Assembly: GCA_002269645.1 (NCBI GenBank)
Contig: NIVC01000415.1
Location: forward strand, 186,001-250,000
From: Macrostomum lignano
Lineage: Eukaryota
DNA length: 64,000 bases
Reading direction: 5' to 3'
Position 1 is the stretch's first letter. Each line of letters begins with the position of its first letter. Positions 50,346 through 64,000 of the stretch are shown piece by piece. A program made the translations under genes and the position numbers. The notes beneath the pieces are model-generated. The model saw only the letters and a list, made by a program, of their open reading frames with translations, ran no database searches and had not been told where the DNA came from.

Positions 50346-50874
50346 TTCACAAATCAGCAATCAGAAACGGATGGCTTAGCTTAGCTTCCAATTCAAGTTA
50401 CTAGTTTAACTGGTTTTCTGGATTAGAAGTCCCTGGCCGATGTGAGGGCAAAAGTGCAAACCCTAGTAGGAGCAGTGACGTGTTGAGTTTAATGAATCCA
50501 AGTTCACCCAGACTCACTCACTCACTCAACACACCCCCAAGCAACGAACTGGATCCGACATCTTGAGTGCAGAGCGTATAGGGAAGGGAAATTTCGTTCC
50601 TTCTCTCCCCTGAATGCTCTAACCGGAGAGACCCTGAGCACTAGAGTGCGCCGATAAGCATAGAGACAAAACAGTGCACCAGACAATATTAAGATAAAAT
50701 TTCGCTAGCTAAGTTAATACCGAAAAGAAACTAGGAAAAACAGTGGATAATTAGACATTTGATAAAGCAGCCCATCACATCCCTAAACTGTGGACCCTCA
50801 TTTGGGTACCGGGTTGTTGGAGCCGCTACCTCCTTCATCTTCTCTCGATAGCTCCCTCTCTCTCTCACTACCTC

Positions 50875-51040
50875 TGCCACTCTTCCTCTCTCCCATTTTA
50901 TCTGTCTCTCCTCCTCTCTCTGCCCTTCGCATTCTACTCTCCCCCCATTTCCTTTAGCCACTCTTCCTCTCTCCCATTTTATCTGTCTCTCCTCCTCTCT
51001 CTGCCCTTCGCATTCTACTCTCCCCCATTTCCTTTAGCCT
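50875..51040. repeat. Direct tandem duplication of a ~80-bp CT-rich segment
   Basis: GCCACTCTTCCTCTCTCCCATTTTATCTGTCTC...CATTTCCTTTAGCC is present twice. Confidence 0.85.
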
Positions 51041-51956
51041 CTCTTACTCTCTCCCTCTCACATTTTTCTCTTTCTCCCTCCCGCTCCCTCTGCCAATCTT
51101 CCTCCCTTTCCCTCTCGCCCGTCACACCCTCTTTCCCTTCGCTTTCTCCACGACCTTCCATAACCTTTATGCTCTTCTATGACCTCATTTGTCTCTCGCA
51201 CTGTCTTTCCATTTCAAAGCCTGGTTGCGCACTGCACTGCACACGAGTCACCTCCTTTATTCCTGCCTGCCTTTTACTTACCTATAGAGACAGCTGAAGT
51301 CAAGTTAAACGAGAATTAAAGAAACATTTAAACAAAATTCTGACGAAATACAATACTGGTAAATTGATTAGTTTATTTCCAAATGGTATTTATAATTGTA
51401 AGTAGTCCATGGCCCAATATTGAAATTTTGTATACAATAGATCTATAGATACGGAATGTCCCTAAACTGGGATAGCACGACATTAGATATTAGTGTTTTG
51501 CTTAAAACTTCGACTAGTATTCTCCACAAAACAGTGCTATCCTTAATTTGCCCCGGAAAAGCTCTATTTTAAGGCTTCAAATGTCAAAATGATAAAAAAG
51601 ATCGTCCGTCTGTTAAACTATGCAACTGCAACCATTAAAGTATGGGAAAGAGAGGGTATTAAATGCCTACAGAATGCGTGGGGGCTTCTACAATACAGCC
51701 ACAAAAAGTGCAACAAAAGCAGACACTGGCAGTTGCACGCGCGAGAGGCACGCGCTCAAGGCGTGTTCCCGGAGCATTTCAAACCCGGATAAATAATTAT
51801 TAACCAGCTTTACCAGATATGGAGCAGGTGTTTGATATAGATTCCCCATGACTGCTCAAAGTCTGCTCAGAAAAAAATTAAACAAATTTATTGGTGCTTA
51901 GGCTGCTAAAATTGTGCGACAAAAATTGCCGCACAAGTACCCAACTGGCGCAATAA

Positions 51957-52672
51957 ACCACTGAGGGGTTTCTATGATCTCCAACTTAATAAGCCACTGA
52001 GGGGATTATTATCGGAATCTCCAACTCAATAAGCCACCGAGGGGATTATTATCGGAATCTCCAACTCAATAAGCCACTGAGGGGATTATTATCGGAATCT
52101 CCAACTCAATAAGCCACTGAGGGGATTATTATCGGAATCTCCAACTCAATAAGCCACTGAGGGGATTATTATCGGAATCTCCAACTCAATAAGCCACCGA
52201 GGGGATTATTATCGGAATCTCCAACTCAATAAGCCACTGAGGGGATTATTATCGGGATCTCCAACTCAATAAGCCACTGAGGGGATTATTATCGGAATCT
52301 CCAACTCAATAAGCCACTGAGGGGTTTCTATGATCTCCAACTCAATAAGCCACTGAGGGGTTTCTATGATCTCCAACTCAAGAAGCCACTGAGGGGATTA
52401 TTATCGGAATCTCCAACTCAATAAGCCACTAAGGGGATTATTATCGGGATCTCCAACTCAATAAGCCACTGAGGGGATTATTATCGGGATCTCCAACTCA
52501 ATAAGCCACTGAGGGGATTATTATCGGGAGCTCCAACTCAATAAGCCACTGAGGGGATTATTATCGGGATCTCCAACTCAATAAGCCACCGAGGGGATTA
52601 TTATCGGGATCTCCAACTCAATAAGCCACTGAGGGGATTATTATCGGGATCTCCAACTCAATAAGCCACTGT
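51957..52672. repeat. 40-bp minisatellite, about 18 copies (CCACTGAGGGGATTATTATCGGAATCTCCAACTCAATAAG)
   Basis: Direct reading; it ends about 27 bp from the NAT9 stop codon. Confidence 0.97.
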
Positions 52673-52698
52673 ATGACAAGAAAATTGAGCATTTCTAG

Positions 52699-54508
<1,810 letters not shown>

Positions 54509-54603
54509 GCGGAATTATGCGGCACCGCCTGACTGCTAGCGAGCTGTCACTGAGTCAGCTGGTCTGTCGGACATGAATTGCCAAGGTTGGGCAGCTGCTA
54601 ATG

Positions 54604-54614
54604 AATAGATAGAT

Positions 54615-54659
<45 letters not shown>

Positions 54660-54688
54660 ATGATAGATAGATAGATAGATAGATAGGC

Positions 54689-54759
<71 letters not shown>

Positions 54760-54760
54760 G

Positions 54761-54823
<63 letters not shown>

Positions 54824-54831
54824 GTAGATAA

Positions 54832-54863
<32 letters not shown>

Positions 54864-54864
54864 G

Positions 54865-54919
<55 letters not shown>

Positions 54920-54927
54920 GTAGATAA

Positions 54928-54963
<36 letters not shown>

Positions 54964-54964
54964 G

Positions 54965-55048
<84 letters not shown>

Positions 55049-55130
55049 CAGATAGGTAGATAGATAGGTAGATAGGTAGATAGATAGATAGATAGATAGA
55101 TAGGTAGATAGATAGGCTAGATAGATAGGC

Positions 55131-55214
<84 letters not shown>

Positions 55215-55270
55215 CAGACAGATAGAGATAGACAGACAGATAGAGATAGACAGACAGATAGAGATAGATA
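54604..55270. repeat. (GATA)n microsatellite
   Basis: Direct reading. Confidence 0.98.
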
Positions 55271-55611
55271 ATTCATTTTATTTCTCTAATTACTGCCGCA
55301 GCTTTTAAGTTGATTAATTTTGAGCAAGCACGCCTAAAACTATTGTTAGAAAATTAATTGTCAGCTCGATCGATTTGAGTCAGCATAATGTACTCTAAGT
55401 TGCCTTAATACCGGAGATGAGGCACTAAACCTTTATAATGTTTATGCAAGAAAAAAATCATCAAAAGACAGCACATTATGAAACAAATTCTAAAAAGCGA
55501 GTGCTCTTTATTTAGGCTAAAACTGACAAGCACAGAAAAATATAGAAGCAATGTGAATTTACTATTACATGTGTATAATTACAGTTTTACTGGCAATTTA
55601 TAGCAGCTGCC

Positions 55612-56483
55612 TTTCTGCACTCAGTCCGCGAGAATCTGCCTCTCCGCTCCCTCAGTCCGTGAGAATCTGCCTCTCTGCTCCCCCCTCAGTCCCTGAGAAT
55701 CTGCCTCCTCGCTCCCCCCTCAGTCCCTGAGAATCTGCTTCTCCCCCCTCCCTCAGTCCCTGAGAATCTGCCTCTCCCCCCTCCCTCAGTCCCTGAGAAT
55801 CTGCCTCTCCCCCCTCCCTCAGTCCCTGAGAATCTGCCTCTCCCCCCTCCCTCAGTCCCTGAGAATCTGCCTCTCCCCCCTCCCTCAGTCCCTGAGAATC
55901 TGCCTCTCCGCTCTCCCCCAGTCCCAGAGAATCTGCCTCTCCGCCCCTGAGAATCTGCCTCCTCGCTCTCCCCTCAGTCCCTGAGAATCTGCCTCCTCGC
56001 TCTCCCCTCAGTCCCTGAGAATCTGCCTCTCCGCTCTCCCTCAGTCCGTGAGAATCTGCCTCTCCGCTCTCCCCTCAGTCCCTGAGAATCTGCCTCCTCG
56101 CTCTCCCCTCAGTCCCTGAGAATCTGCCTCCTCGCTCTCCCCTCAGTCCCTGAGAATCTGCCTCCTCGCTCTCCCCTCAGTCCCTGAGAATCTGCCTCTC
56201 CGCTCTCCCTCAGTCCGTGAGAATCTGCCTCCTCGCTCTCCCCTCAGTCCCTGAGAATCTGCCTCCTCGCTCTCCCCTCAGTCCCTGAGAATCTGCCTCC
56301 TCGCTCTCCCCTCAGTCCCTGAGAATCTGCCTCCTCGCTCCCTCCTCAGTCCCTGAGAATCTTCCTCCTCGCTCCCCCTCAGTCCCTGAGAATCTGCCTC
56401 TCCACTCCCCCTCAGTCCCTGAGAATCTGCCTCTCCGCTCTCCCTCAGTCCCAGAGAATCTGCCTCTCCGCTCTCCCTCAGCC
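55612..56483. repeat. ~30-34-bp minisatellite (CCCTCAGTCCCTGAGAATCTGCCTCCTCGCTCTC)
   Basis: Direct reading. Confidence 0.95.
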
Positions 56484-57252
56484 CTTGAATACGTTTTTTA
56501 AACCATCATCATAAACTTTGAGTGAAGAACTTAAACAATTTCAATTATGCATCAGAAACCCCTACTGATCAAGTTTGATAACGGCGTCTATTATATAGGC
56601 AAGGAACGACTTGTACATTGTATACGTCAGCAAACAACAAACACAGTGTATAACCAGGAGAATGCAGAAAACACAATGAAAAATATTCAACAGTTTCAAA
56701 AAAACAATTTTTTTATGAATCAAAATATCTCGAAAATAGTTTATAGTTTACAACAAACGGTGCCTCCGATATTTGAAATTTTCAGGAAAAAACAGACAGT
56801 ACAAAGCAATAAAATCTAATAAAACACCAAAAATTTGAGTATGGATAGATTTACAAAAGATTCACAAAGATTAAGAAAGAAATCGATAATACGGTTCAGT
56901 ATGCATGTGCAATTCTGTTGAAATAATTGTGCAACAACTCCTACAGCAAAAACAAAGTATATGGGCATTGCAATAAAATTAATTATTACATTTTGACTGA
57001 TTGATAAATTAAACACAGCTAAGAGACAGGAAGGTAATATTTAGAAAGTGCTCAGATTCACTAAAATAAAAGGTAATATAGACAATGAAATTGATAAACC
57101 ATCAGTAAAGCTAATAAATTCGTGTTACGTGATAGAAACTTAAAAAGAAAAACTGGTCCTAAACAAAAATATGGTGACTCTAAATTGAATGTCAAATCCT
57201 TGGAAATTTGCTAAAACTTCAAAATCCTCCAAGATTCGTAAGCTCCGCTATT

Positions 57253-59666
57253 CTACTTAGAAGACACCGGAGTATCTCTCGCTGGGGCGGACCCGGCAGT
57301 CAGCGGGCAGTACTGAATGAAACTGTGCAGTGTGCGATCAAAGCCCAGCGACCATTTGAACAGGCGGCAGCAGGCCTCCAGTTTCTGGTCAAACTCGAAC
57401 GGATAATGATAATAGAGCGAATCCACCAGGTGCTGATGGTAGCGCAGGCCTAAACGATTGCAGGCGTCAATCATTCGGCTATCGGTGATGTCGCAGTCGC
57501 GCGGTGGCAGGTACAGCAGCTTGGCAGCGCAGAACAATGCGATGAGTTCCGGCCGCATGTCCGTGACCTCTTGCAGCAGGCTGATGTAGGTGTCGCATTC
57601 GACCAGAGGCGTGTAGTCAACCAGGTGGCTGCTGGTGCTGCGCACCTGCGTTTTATCGGGTGAGGGATAGATATTAACGATTGCAGGCTTAGGGGCGATT
57701 CTATAGGGTAGCTAATGGGCCGATTCTATAGGGTAGCTATTGGGCCGATTCTATAGGGTAGCTATTGGGCCGATTCTATAGGGTAGCTATTGGGGCGATT
57801 CTATAGGGTAGCTAATGGGCCGATTCTATAGGGTAGCTATTGGGGCGATTCTATAGGGTAGCTAATGGGCCGATTCTATAGGGTAGCTAATGGGCCGATT
57901 CTATAGGGTAGCTATTGGGCCGATTCTATAGGGTAGCTAATGGGCCGATTCTATAGGGTAGCTATTGGGCCGATTCTATAGGGTAGCTATTGGGGCGATT
58001 CTATAGGGTAGCTAATGGGCCGATTCTATAGGGTAGCTATTGGGGCGATTCTATAGGGTAGCTATTGGGGCGATTCTATAGGGTAGCTATTGGGCCGATT
58101 CTATAGGGTAGCTAATGGGCCGATTCTATAGGGTAGCTAATGGGCCGATTCTATAGGGTAGATAATGGGCCGATTCTATAGGGTAGCTATTGGGCCGATT
58201 CTATAGGGTAGCTATTGGGGCGATTCTATAGGGTAGCTAATGGGCCGATTCTATAGGGTAGCTAATGGGCCGATTCTATAGGGTAGATAATGGGCCGATT
58301 CTATAGGGTAGCTATTGGGCCGATTCTATAGGGTAGCTAATGGGCCGATTCTATAGGGTAGCTAATGGGCCGATTCTATAGGGTAGATAATGGGCCGATT
58401 CTATAGGGTAGCTATTGGGCCGATTCTATAGGGTAGCTATTGGGGCGATTCTATAGGGTAGCTAATGGGCCGATTCTATAGGGTAGCTAGATAAAAGAGG
58501 GGTTATATATGGGAAGATAATGGAGTAATTCTAGCAAATAGCTAATAGCTAGATTCTATAGTATAGGGTAGCTAATAGGGCGATTCTATAGCATAAAGTA
58601 GCAAATAGGGTCACTAGTTCTATAGGTAGGGTAGCTAACAGGCGATAGTTAAGGACCAATGTTGCTCACAGAAACTACTAACCAGATCGATAAAGAGCTG
58701 AATGGGGTGACAGCTGATCTTACTGCCCCGGACGGTGAAGTAGAACTGCCTATCATCCTGGCAGTAGCCAGCGCAGGACAGCGGGAACAGCACAGAATGC
58801 AGGCGGCACCTGAGCAGAGCCAGAAAATGCGGTTTCTCCAGCTGGTCTACCTGACGCAGACCCGCTATAAACCTGGCAACCTGATGAACGAAGGCTTCTA
58901 GCATGGCTACGCCAGTGTCATTAGCCGCTTGAATATCGCACAGCATCGTATCCGCAACCAGTTTTCTCAGTTCGACAAAGAAGTCAACTAAAAGTACATT
59001 GGCGTAGCGATGATCCTCCGCGCCAGAAGCTTCGTTACAATTCGGCTCAGTGAATGAAGACGGCGGCAGTTTCGGTTCAGGCGACTGCAGGCGATGCCAG
59101 AGTCGAAGCAGGTGCTCGCTTTGGTCCGAGTCTCTGGCTGCGTCAGGTAGACGGGCCGGCTGCAGCGGCGGCGGCGGCGGCGGCGGCAGCGGCGTCGGCC
59201 TGCGAATCGCCGAGGCGAATGATGAAACAGACGACGAAGACGAGCCCACAGACATCATCGTCGGCAGCGGTACTGAGGCTGAAGACGACGGCGATTTAGC
59301 AGACGGTTGGTACACCTGATCCGCCTTCTGGATGAGGTCGGCCTGCATGCCAACGGCGAAGCACTTGGCCAGCCGGCAGCCGGGGCACTTCTTCCTCGTA
59401 GCCAGACTGACCTCGCAGCCGCCTCGCCGAAAACTGCAGGCGAATCCAGCCTCGCCAAGTGTCTGCTTGTGCGCGTTACGACGAAAGAACGCTTTGCAAG
59501 ACTCGCAGCTGATAACGCCAAAGTTATAATTCTCAGCCTTGCAGCCGCACACTAGGCAATAGCGTCGCATTAGATCCGCCGGCGTTTTCGGGTGGCGACA
59601 TTTTTTGCGATGAACAACGCCAGATTTAGTGATGTGCATTGGCCGCCTGTCTGGCAGCATAGCCAT
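57253..59666 (-). CDS. Nuclear hormone receptor, NR1J (HR96/DAF-12/NHR-8)-like. Exons 58683-59666 and 57253-57645; an alternative acceptor would start exon 2 at 57687.
   Basis: C4 zinc fingers CLVC..YNFGVISCESCKAFFRRNA..C..C..C..CRLAKCFAVGM. The P-box CESCKA with a YNF prefix is typical of NR1J. Donor CTG|GTTAGT and acceptor CGCAG|GTG join in phase 0. The LBD is divergent. Confidence 0.88.
57692..58490. repeat. 25-bp minisatellite filling the nuclear-receptor intron (GGGCCGATTCTATAGGGTAGCTAAT / GGGGCGATTCT variants)
   Basis: Direct reading. Confidence 0.97.
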
Positions 59667-60737
59667 TAGTTGCTTTGGAGTTGTTGATTACAGCTGCAAA
59701 GATGACGAAATTCGCCTTTCTAAATTGAGGAATTTCACAATAGGGTTTCGCGGTAGCACGCTTGGTAACTCAGAGCTGACCTTTGATTATTTGCGCACTG
59801 CAAGTTGGTTCTGGACCTTGAAAAGCTTTTCTGCCACGGCTAACCCCAATTTATACAGAAACTGACTAGTGGTAGGGTTCGTCGCTGACACTCACGCTTC
59901 TCCTTTCTAGGCCGGTGGAAAAAAATTTCTGCCCTTCTCTTTATTGCAGAGCGGCGCAAACGCACACCCCCTATGTCCCCGGGTACTTTTGTACCCAGCC
60001 ATGCCCAACTTGATTGGTCAGAATCATCCACCGCGTCTATTTGCGAGTGTGGGGGGAAGGGCCAGACACAGGGTGCAAGTGTACAGCGTACTGCTTGAAG
60101 ACCTTTCATGTAACTTTTCTCTGTCTGCCCTCTCTATACATTATCACGCGATCGTGCCGCTATTGGCTGAGACAGCTGCGTGCAAGTGCGAGATCTCGAG
60201 ACAGTTCTCTCCGCTCCCCTCTACTCCCTCTGTCCCTTCCTCGGAACAACTCGCTCCATCCTTAGAGGACACACAAGGGTATCAAAAAGTTATAGTTTCT
60301 GGATTGGAAGGTGGCTGAGAATGTAACGAACACATAATAACAGAAATCTTTCCACTTGATGGGGCAGAGAACGAACAAGACGAAACTCTGAACGCAATTG
60401 CAATTTTCATCAACTGACTAAAATATCAAAGATTGCATAGCCAATTGCTGATTGAAAAAGTAGGTTAAAGTGCATAATAGAGGACAGTGACTAGACGAGA
60501 CGAGACGCAAATATTCAGACACTTCACAAAACTAGTGGAGGAATTTTCCAGAATTAAGTGTTGCACTTGCTCGAGTGCATAACAATGCTTTGTATACGAA
60601 TTGTAATTTCGAATGCGAGCCCGAGCATTTATTAAAAATCAATCAATGTGATAAAATTGGCTTTTATTGTATTGTATCTTTTTTTCAAAGCCTTCTCTCC
60701 ATTGCATCATTTCTAATTCTCTCACCATCTCTCCCCA

Positions 60738-60744
<7 letters not shown>

Positions 60745-60802
<58 letters not shown>
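60745..60802. repeat. (CT)n microsatellite; a (GA)n tract also lies at 62082-62112
   Basis: Direct reading. Confidence 0.95.
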
Positions 60803-60805
<3 letters not shown>

Positions 60806-61344
60806 CCACTCTCGCCTGCATCTATTCCCCTCTAATTCGCATCTTCCTTCGTCCCCTCTCTTCTTGTTCTCTACCTAAAACTTGAATGACTTTCACATGT
60901 ATTTGCATTACAACGGAATGCCCTTCAGTTCAGTGTCATTGGAAGTTCTCAACAAGCCCATTTAACAAACACACCACACGATAACACTTATCAAATCGCG
61001 CCTTGTAAGAACTCTAGATTTTATTATATGAAAAATAAAGCGCTTTGCCAAAGCTGGAGTTCGCTTAGCCCCACGCAACACTGGTCTGATAAGAGTTCGG
61101 GCGTGTTTGTTAGATTCGTTAAAGGCAGAGGGGTGGATTCCGGTGCACTTTAAGCGACATTTACAACCGGGCTCCGTCCGGCAAGAGGCATTGCTGGCAG
61201 CTGCCCATTCCGCCGATCCCCCTGAGCAGGCACACAAGCGCGCGGATACGTACGCAGTCATACGCACAGGTGCACACTCACACAGGAGTGCACAACGGCC
61301 CCTAACTTTCATCGTTAGGCATGTACACTTCACTGCGCCTTGGG

Positions 61345-61480
61345 CGGTTGGCCCTCAAAAGGCGTTAATTGCACGAGCAGAGCCAAGCCGAGATTCCAAT
61401 TTAGCCCAAAAATTAATGTAACTGCACTTGGAATCGAGCCTGGGCCATTGGAATCAGAGCGCCACGCTAAACTCTAGTAG
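61345..61480 (-). mobile_element. Possible second tRNA-derived SINE head
   Basis: The minus strand reads GTTTAGCGTGGCGCTCTGATTCCAATGGCCCAGGCTCGATTCC, with A/B-box-like spacing but no complete cloverleaf. Confidence 0.4.
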
Positions 61481-62077
61481 TAATTAAATGCATTCAATGA
61501 TCTAAACTTTACCAATTAGTCAGCTGTTGCTTCTACTAGCGGACCGCACAATCAGCCAGCCCAACACGCAAAGGCTGTGTTTATTCTCTGACACACCAAA
61601 GCTCGCGGTTGATTTAGTGACAATCCACATTTCATATATTTACTAACCCTATTAAGCAGCACAAAAAAAGACCCTAAAGAAAGACTCGAGCTTTTTCTGG
61701 TGAGATGGCCAATTTAATCGAGTAGATAGATATAGCAAACAGCTAGCAACTCCTCTCTCACACACACACACATCTCACAAATGAGGGTATTCATTTTTCA
61801 AAAGCAGCTAATAACAGGGGGCTTAAGGGTAGGGTTAGGAAGGAAGTAAAGACAACAGCCCAAAAACATGGAGTTCAAAAGTATAGAATTTGGATAGAAT
61901 ATAGTTCGGGGTCTATATATAAGATATTAAAACTCCATGGTCTTTTCTATAGAGACGCTCGAATATACATTCGAAACAATATGAGACAGAAGCTGGGGCA
62001 TTCAAACAGCAAGACTGTAGTGGTAATAGTTCGCAATAAGAGTCTGGAAAGGAATGACGTCAGCAAATTGCACAAAC

Positions 62078-62117
<40 letters not shown>

Positions 62118-64000
62118 GGGAGAGAGAAGTGGACTCAAGTGAATCTGTAAGCGCACTTATTTCATAGTTGCTACAACCACAAAACACCGACCTTTAAAGA
62201 ACAAAAACAGCTAGGGGAAAAACAAAAATATTCTGTTTTCAAATTTCGCACACAGAATAACAACATAGCACTACGAGCGTAAAGAATTCTGACTGGACTT
62301 CTCTCTCTCTCTAAAATTATACCGACGAACTGTTGGCAGTGATGAGTTATTAAAGCTGTTTACACCAGCACTACCTTGGCATTATAAACATAGATATTGA
62401 GACAAAAAACTTAGCAACACGCTTGACAACTACTCGTAGTTTAAGGTTTTTTGTTGTTTATGCATGAAACAAAATATGCTTAGAGTTTTTAGGCAAGGAC
62501 AACTTCAAAGTGCAAAATACTTAACGCCAACACTAACCTGCGCCACAGCGCCTGTGAGAACTGCCTCACCATTTCCTCTGTGAAACTGTCATCATCATTT
62601 CTGTGAACCTTTCATATCGCTGCCTGTGAACCCGTCTGACTGTATTTTCATTGAATGTGCCTCTTTTTTTTATATAAATCTGAATCTCCCTTGATTTACA
62701 TGTGTACTGTATGAATCTGTCCAAAATGCTAATTACATGTTTGTATATAGAAAATTTATATATTTCTCGTTAAAAGTATATCGGATTGTCGACCTAATTT
62801 CTTCGAATTCTGCTCCTAGAAATTATATTTACAGCCAGTATTGTATTGCATAATTTAGTGCACTGGCACTAGCCAAAAAAACTGTTTAACTTTTTAATGA
62901 AACACAATTTCCAATTGGCTAGATCATAAATGGTACAGTACACGCAGTCTAACTACTCAAAGTAGTAAGAATTGAGTAGAAGGGACACTAGCTTAATTAA
63001 AGGAAAAAGCACAGATAATATCATAACTCTGAATATCAACTCATGAACAGTTAAGCTTTAGACTGAGATTAGATTGGCATTCGTGAATGATTTTCATGTT
63101 ATTGCAGCAATAATAGATAGTGGCTTTGAGCCAGTGCTTGCTAGCTCTAGTGTACTCTAGCATACTTTGTGGTTTCCTCACACAAGGCACTAGTCATCAG
63201 AGCCTGTGAATAATGACAAGACCAGACGATAAAATTGCTAGATTACAAGTTTTTTTCAGTGATGAATTTGTGAATCATCTGGCCTAGGCATCGCAGGCAG
63301 CAAAATATTTGCACCTGAAAAGACTAAATATCTACTGCCTTACAGAATACTGCCATTACCAGTTTATTAGATAAAAATGAAACACAGTTGGAAGCAAAAT
63401 AAATTGTCAATGTTTTAAATAAGCAGAAAGGGATAGGTAGCAAAGACAATTCAATTATTTAGATTCATGCTAGCACTAATCCAGAGAGTTGCACATTAAA
63501 TCTGGGTCTGAGTTTCTTTTTGTACTTTAATGCTTCAAAATTAGACAATAGAAACACCAAGGTGTGCAGGCTAGTCAATGATCTCAAAGTTTTCAAGTAC
63601 ATCTTTCTTGACACAGTTGTCATATACAATGCTTACAAATTGTAATTTTTTAGGCCTTGCCTATAGTCCAGTAAGTCTCAATGACTAAAGTGTTAATAGT
63701 AAAATATAGATATCAATAGATATGAGATACAACTATTGTCATTGATAAGATACTATTCCAAACCCTGATCTGTCTACAAGACATCCCAATAGAAGCTCTA
63801 GTCTATTGGTGCACACTGTGTATCCTTGATCTGACCTCTTGCAGGCTATATACATGGCAAAAAATCTGTGTATGCATGGTATATACTTAGGACTATAAGG
63901 TCATAATTGTGTACTATATTGCCTTGGAATATCAAAATTAGAAAGGTATATATAGTTAAGATGGCAATTGACAATGATTTTATCTACTATGTTTTATCTG

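Noticed and set aside
54510-57250. A Sloth1/SMIM4 (UQCC5) ORF upstream of the BRAWNIN-like ORF, as in the Drosophila bicistron
   Set aside because: I translated the non-repetitive minus-strand segments nearest the ORF and found no RFLPxFFxLG-like motif; only a 12-aa uORF is present.
59840-62187. Assorted 60-124-aa ORFs upstream of the nuclear receptor
   Set aside because: No coding bias or motifs; some are driven by (CT)n/(GA)n tracts.

Overview
This window is eukaryotic (animal) genomic DNA. It has GT-AG introns, GC-rich exons, very short introns (42-84 nt) and many unrelated minisatellite arrays. This style suggests a free-living flatworm such as Macrostomum; that assignment is inference only. 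Protein-coding genes I could reconstruct are: SUMO E2 UBC9 (-, runs off the left edge), an intronless peptide-type rhodopsin GPCR (+), a degenerate GT31 glycosyltransferase (-), a 3-exon atypical GPCR (-), a KLHL10-like BTB-BACK-kelch gene with an apparent 1-nt frameshift (-), sterol C5-desaturase SC5D (+), a DGAT2/MOGAT acyltransferase (+), an intronless AK2-like adenylate kinase (-), NAT9 (-), and an HR96/DAF-12-type (NR1J) nuclear receptor (-). The best hidden signal is a 58-aa ORF, below the ORF-track cutoff, that closely resembles BRAWNIN/UQCC6/Sloth2 (a mitochondrial complex III assembly micropeptide). It lies immediately upstream of NAT9 and overlaps the NAT9 start codon by 14 nt with no intervening AUG, which points to an overlapping bicistronic locus. 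Mobile DNA includes a decayed DDE transposase (Chapaev/CMC-like), an RNase H-bearing LINE 3' end, a Penelope-like fragment, a tRNA/CORE-type SINE and several palindromic MITEs. Four different minisatellites share a GGCGATTCT core, and two blocks are almost free of CpG. Most long ORFs in the supplied track are artefacts of stop-free tandem repeats. There is no CRISPR array, rRNA or intact tRNA. All homology calls come from recalled motifs; no database searches were run.
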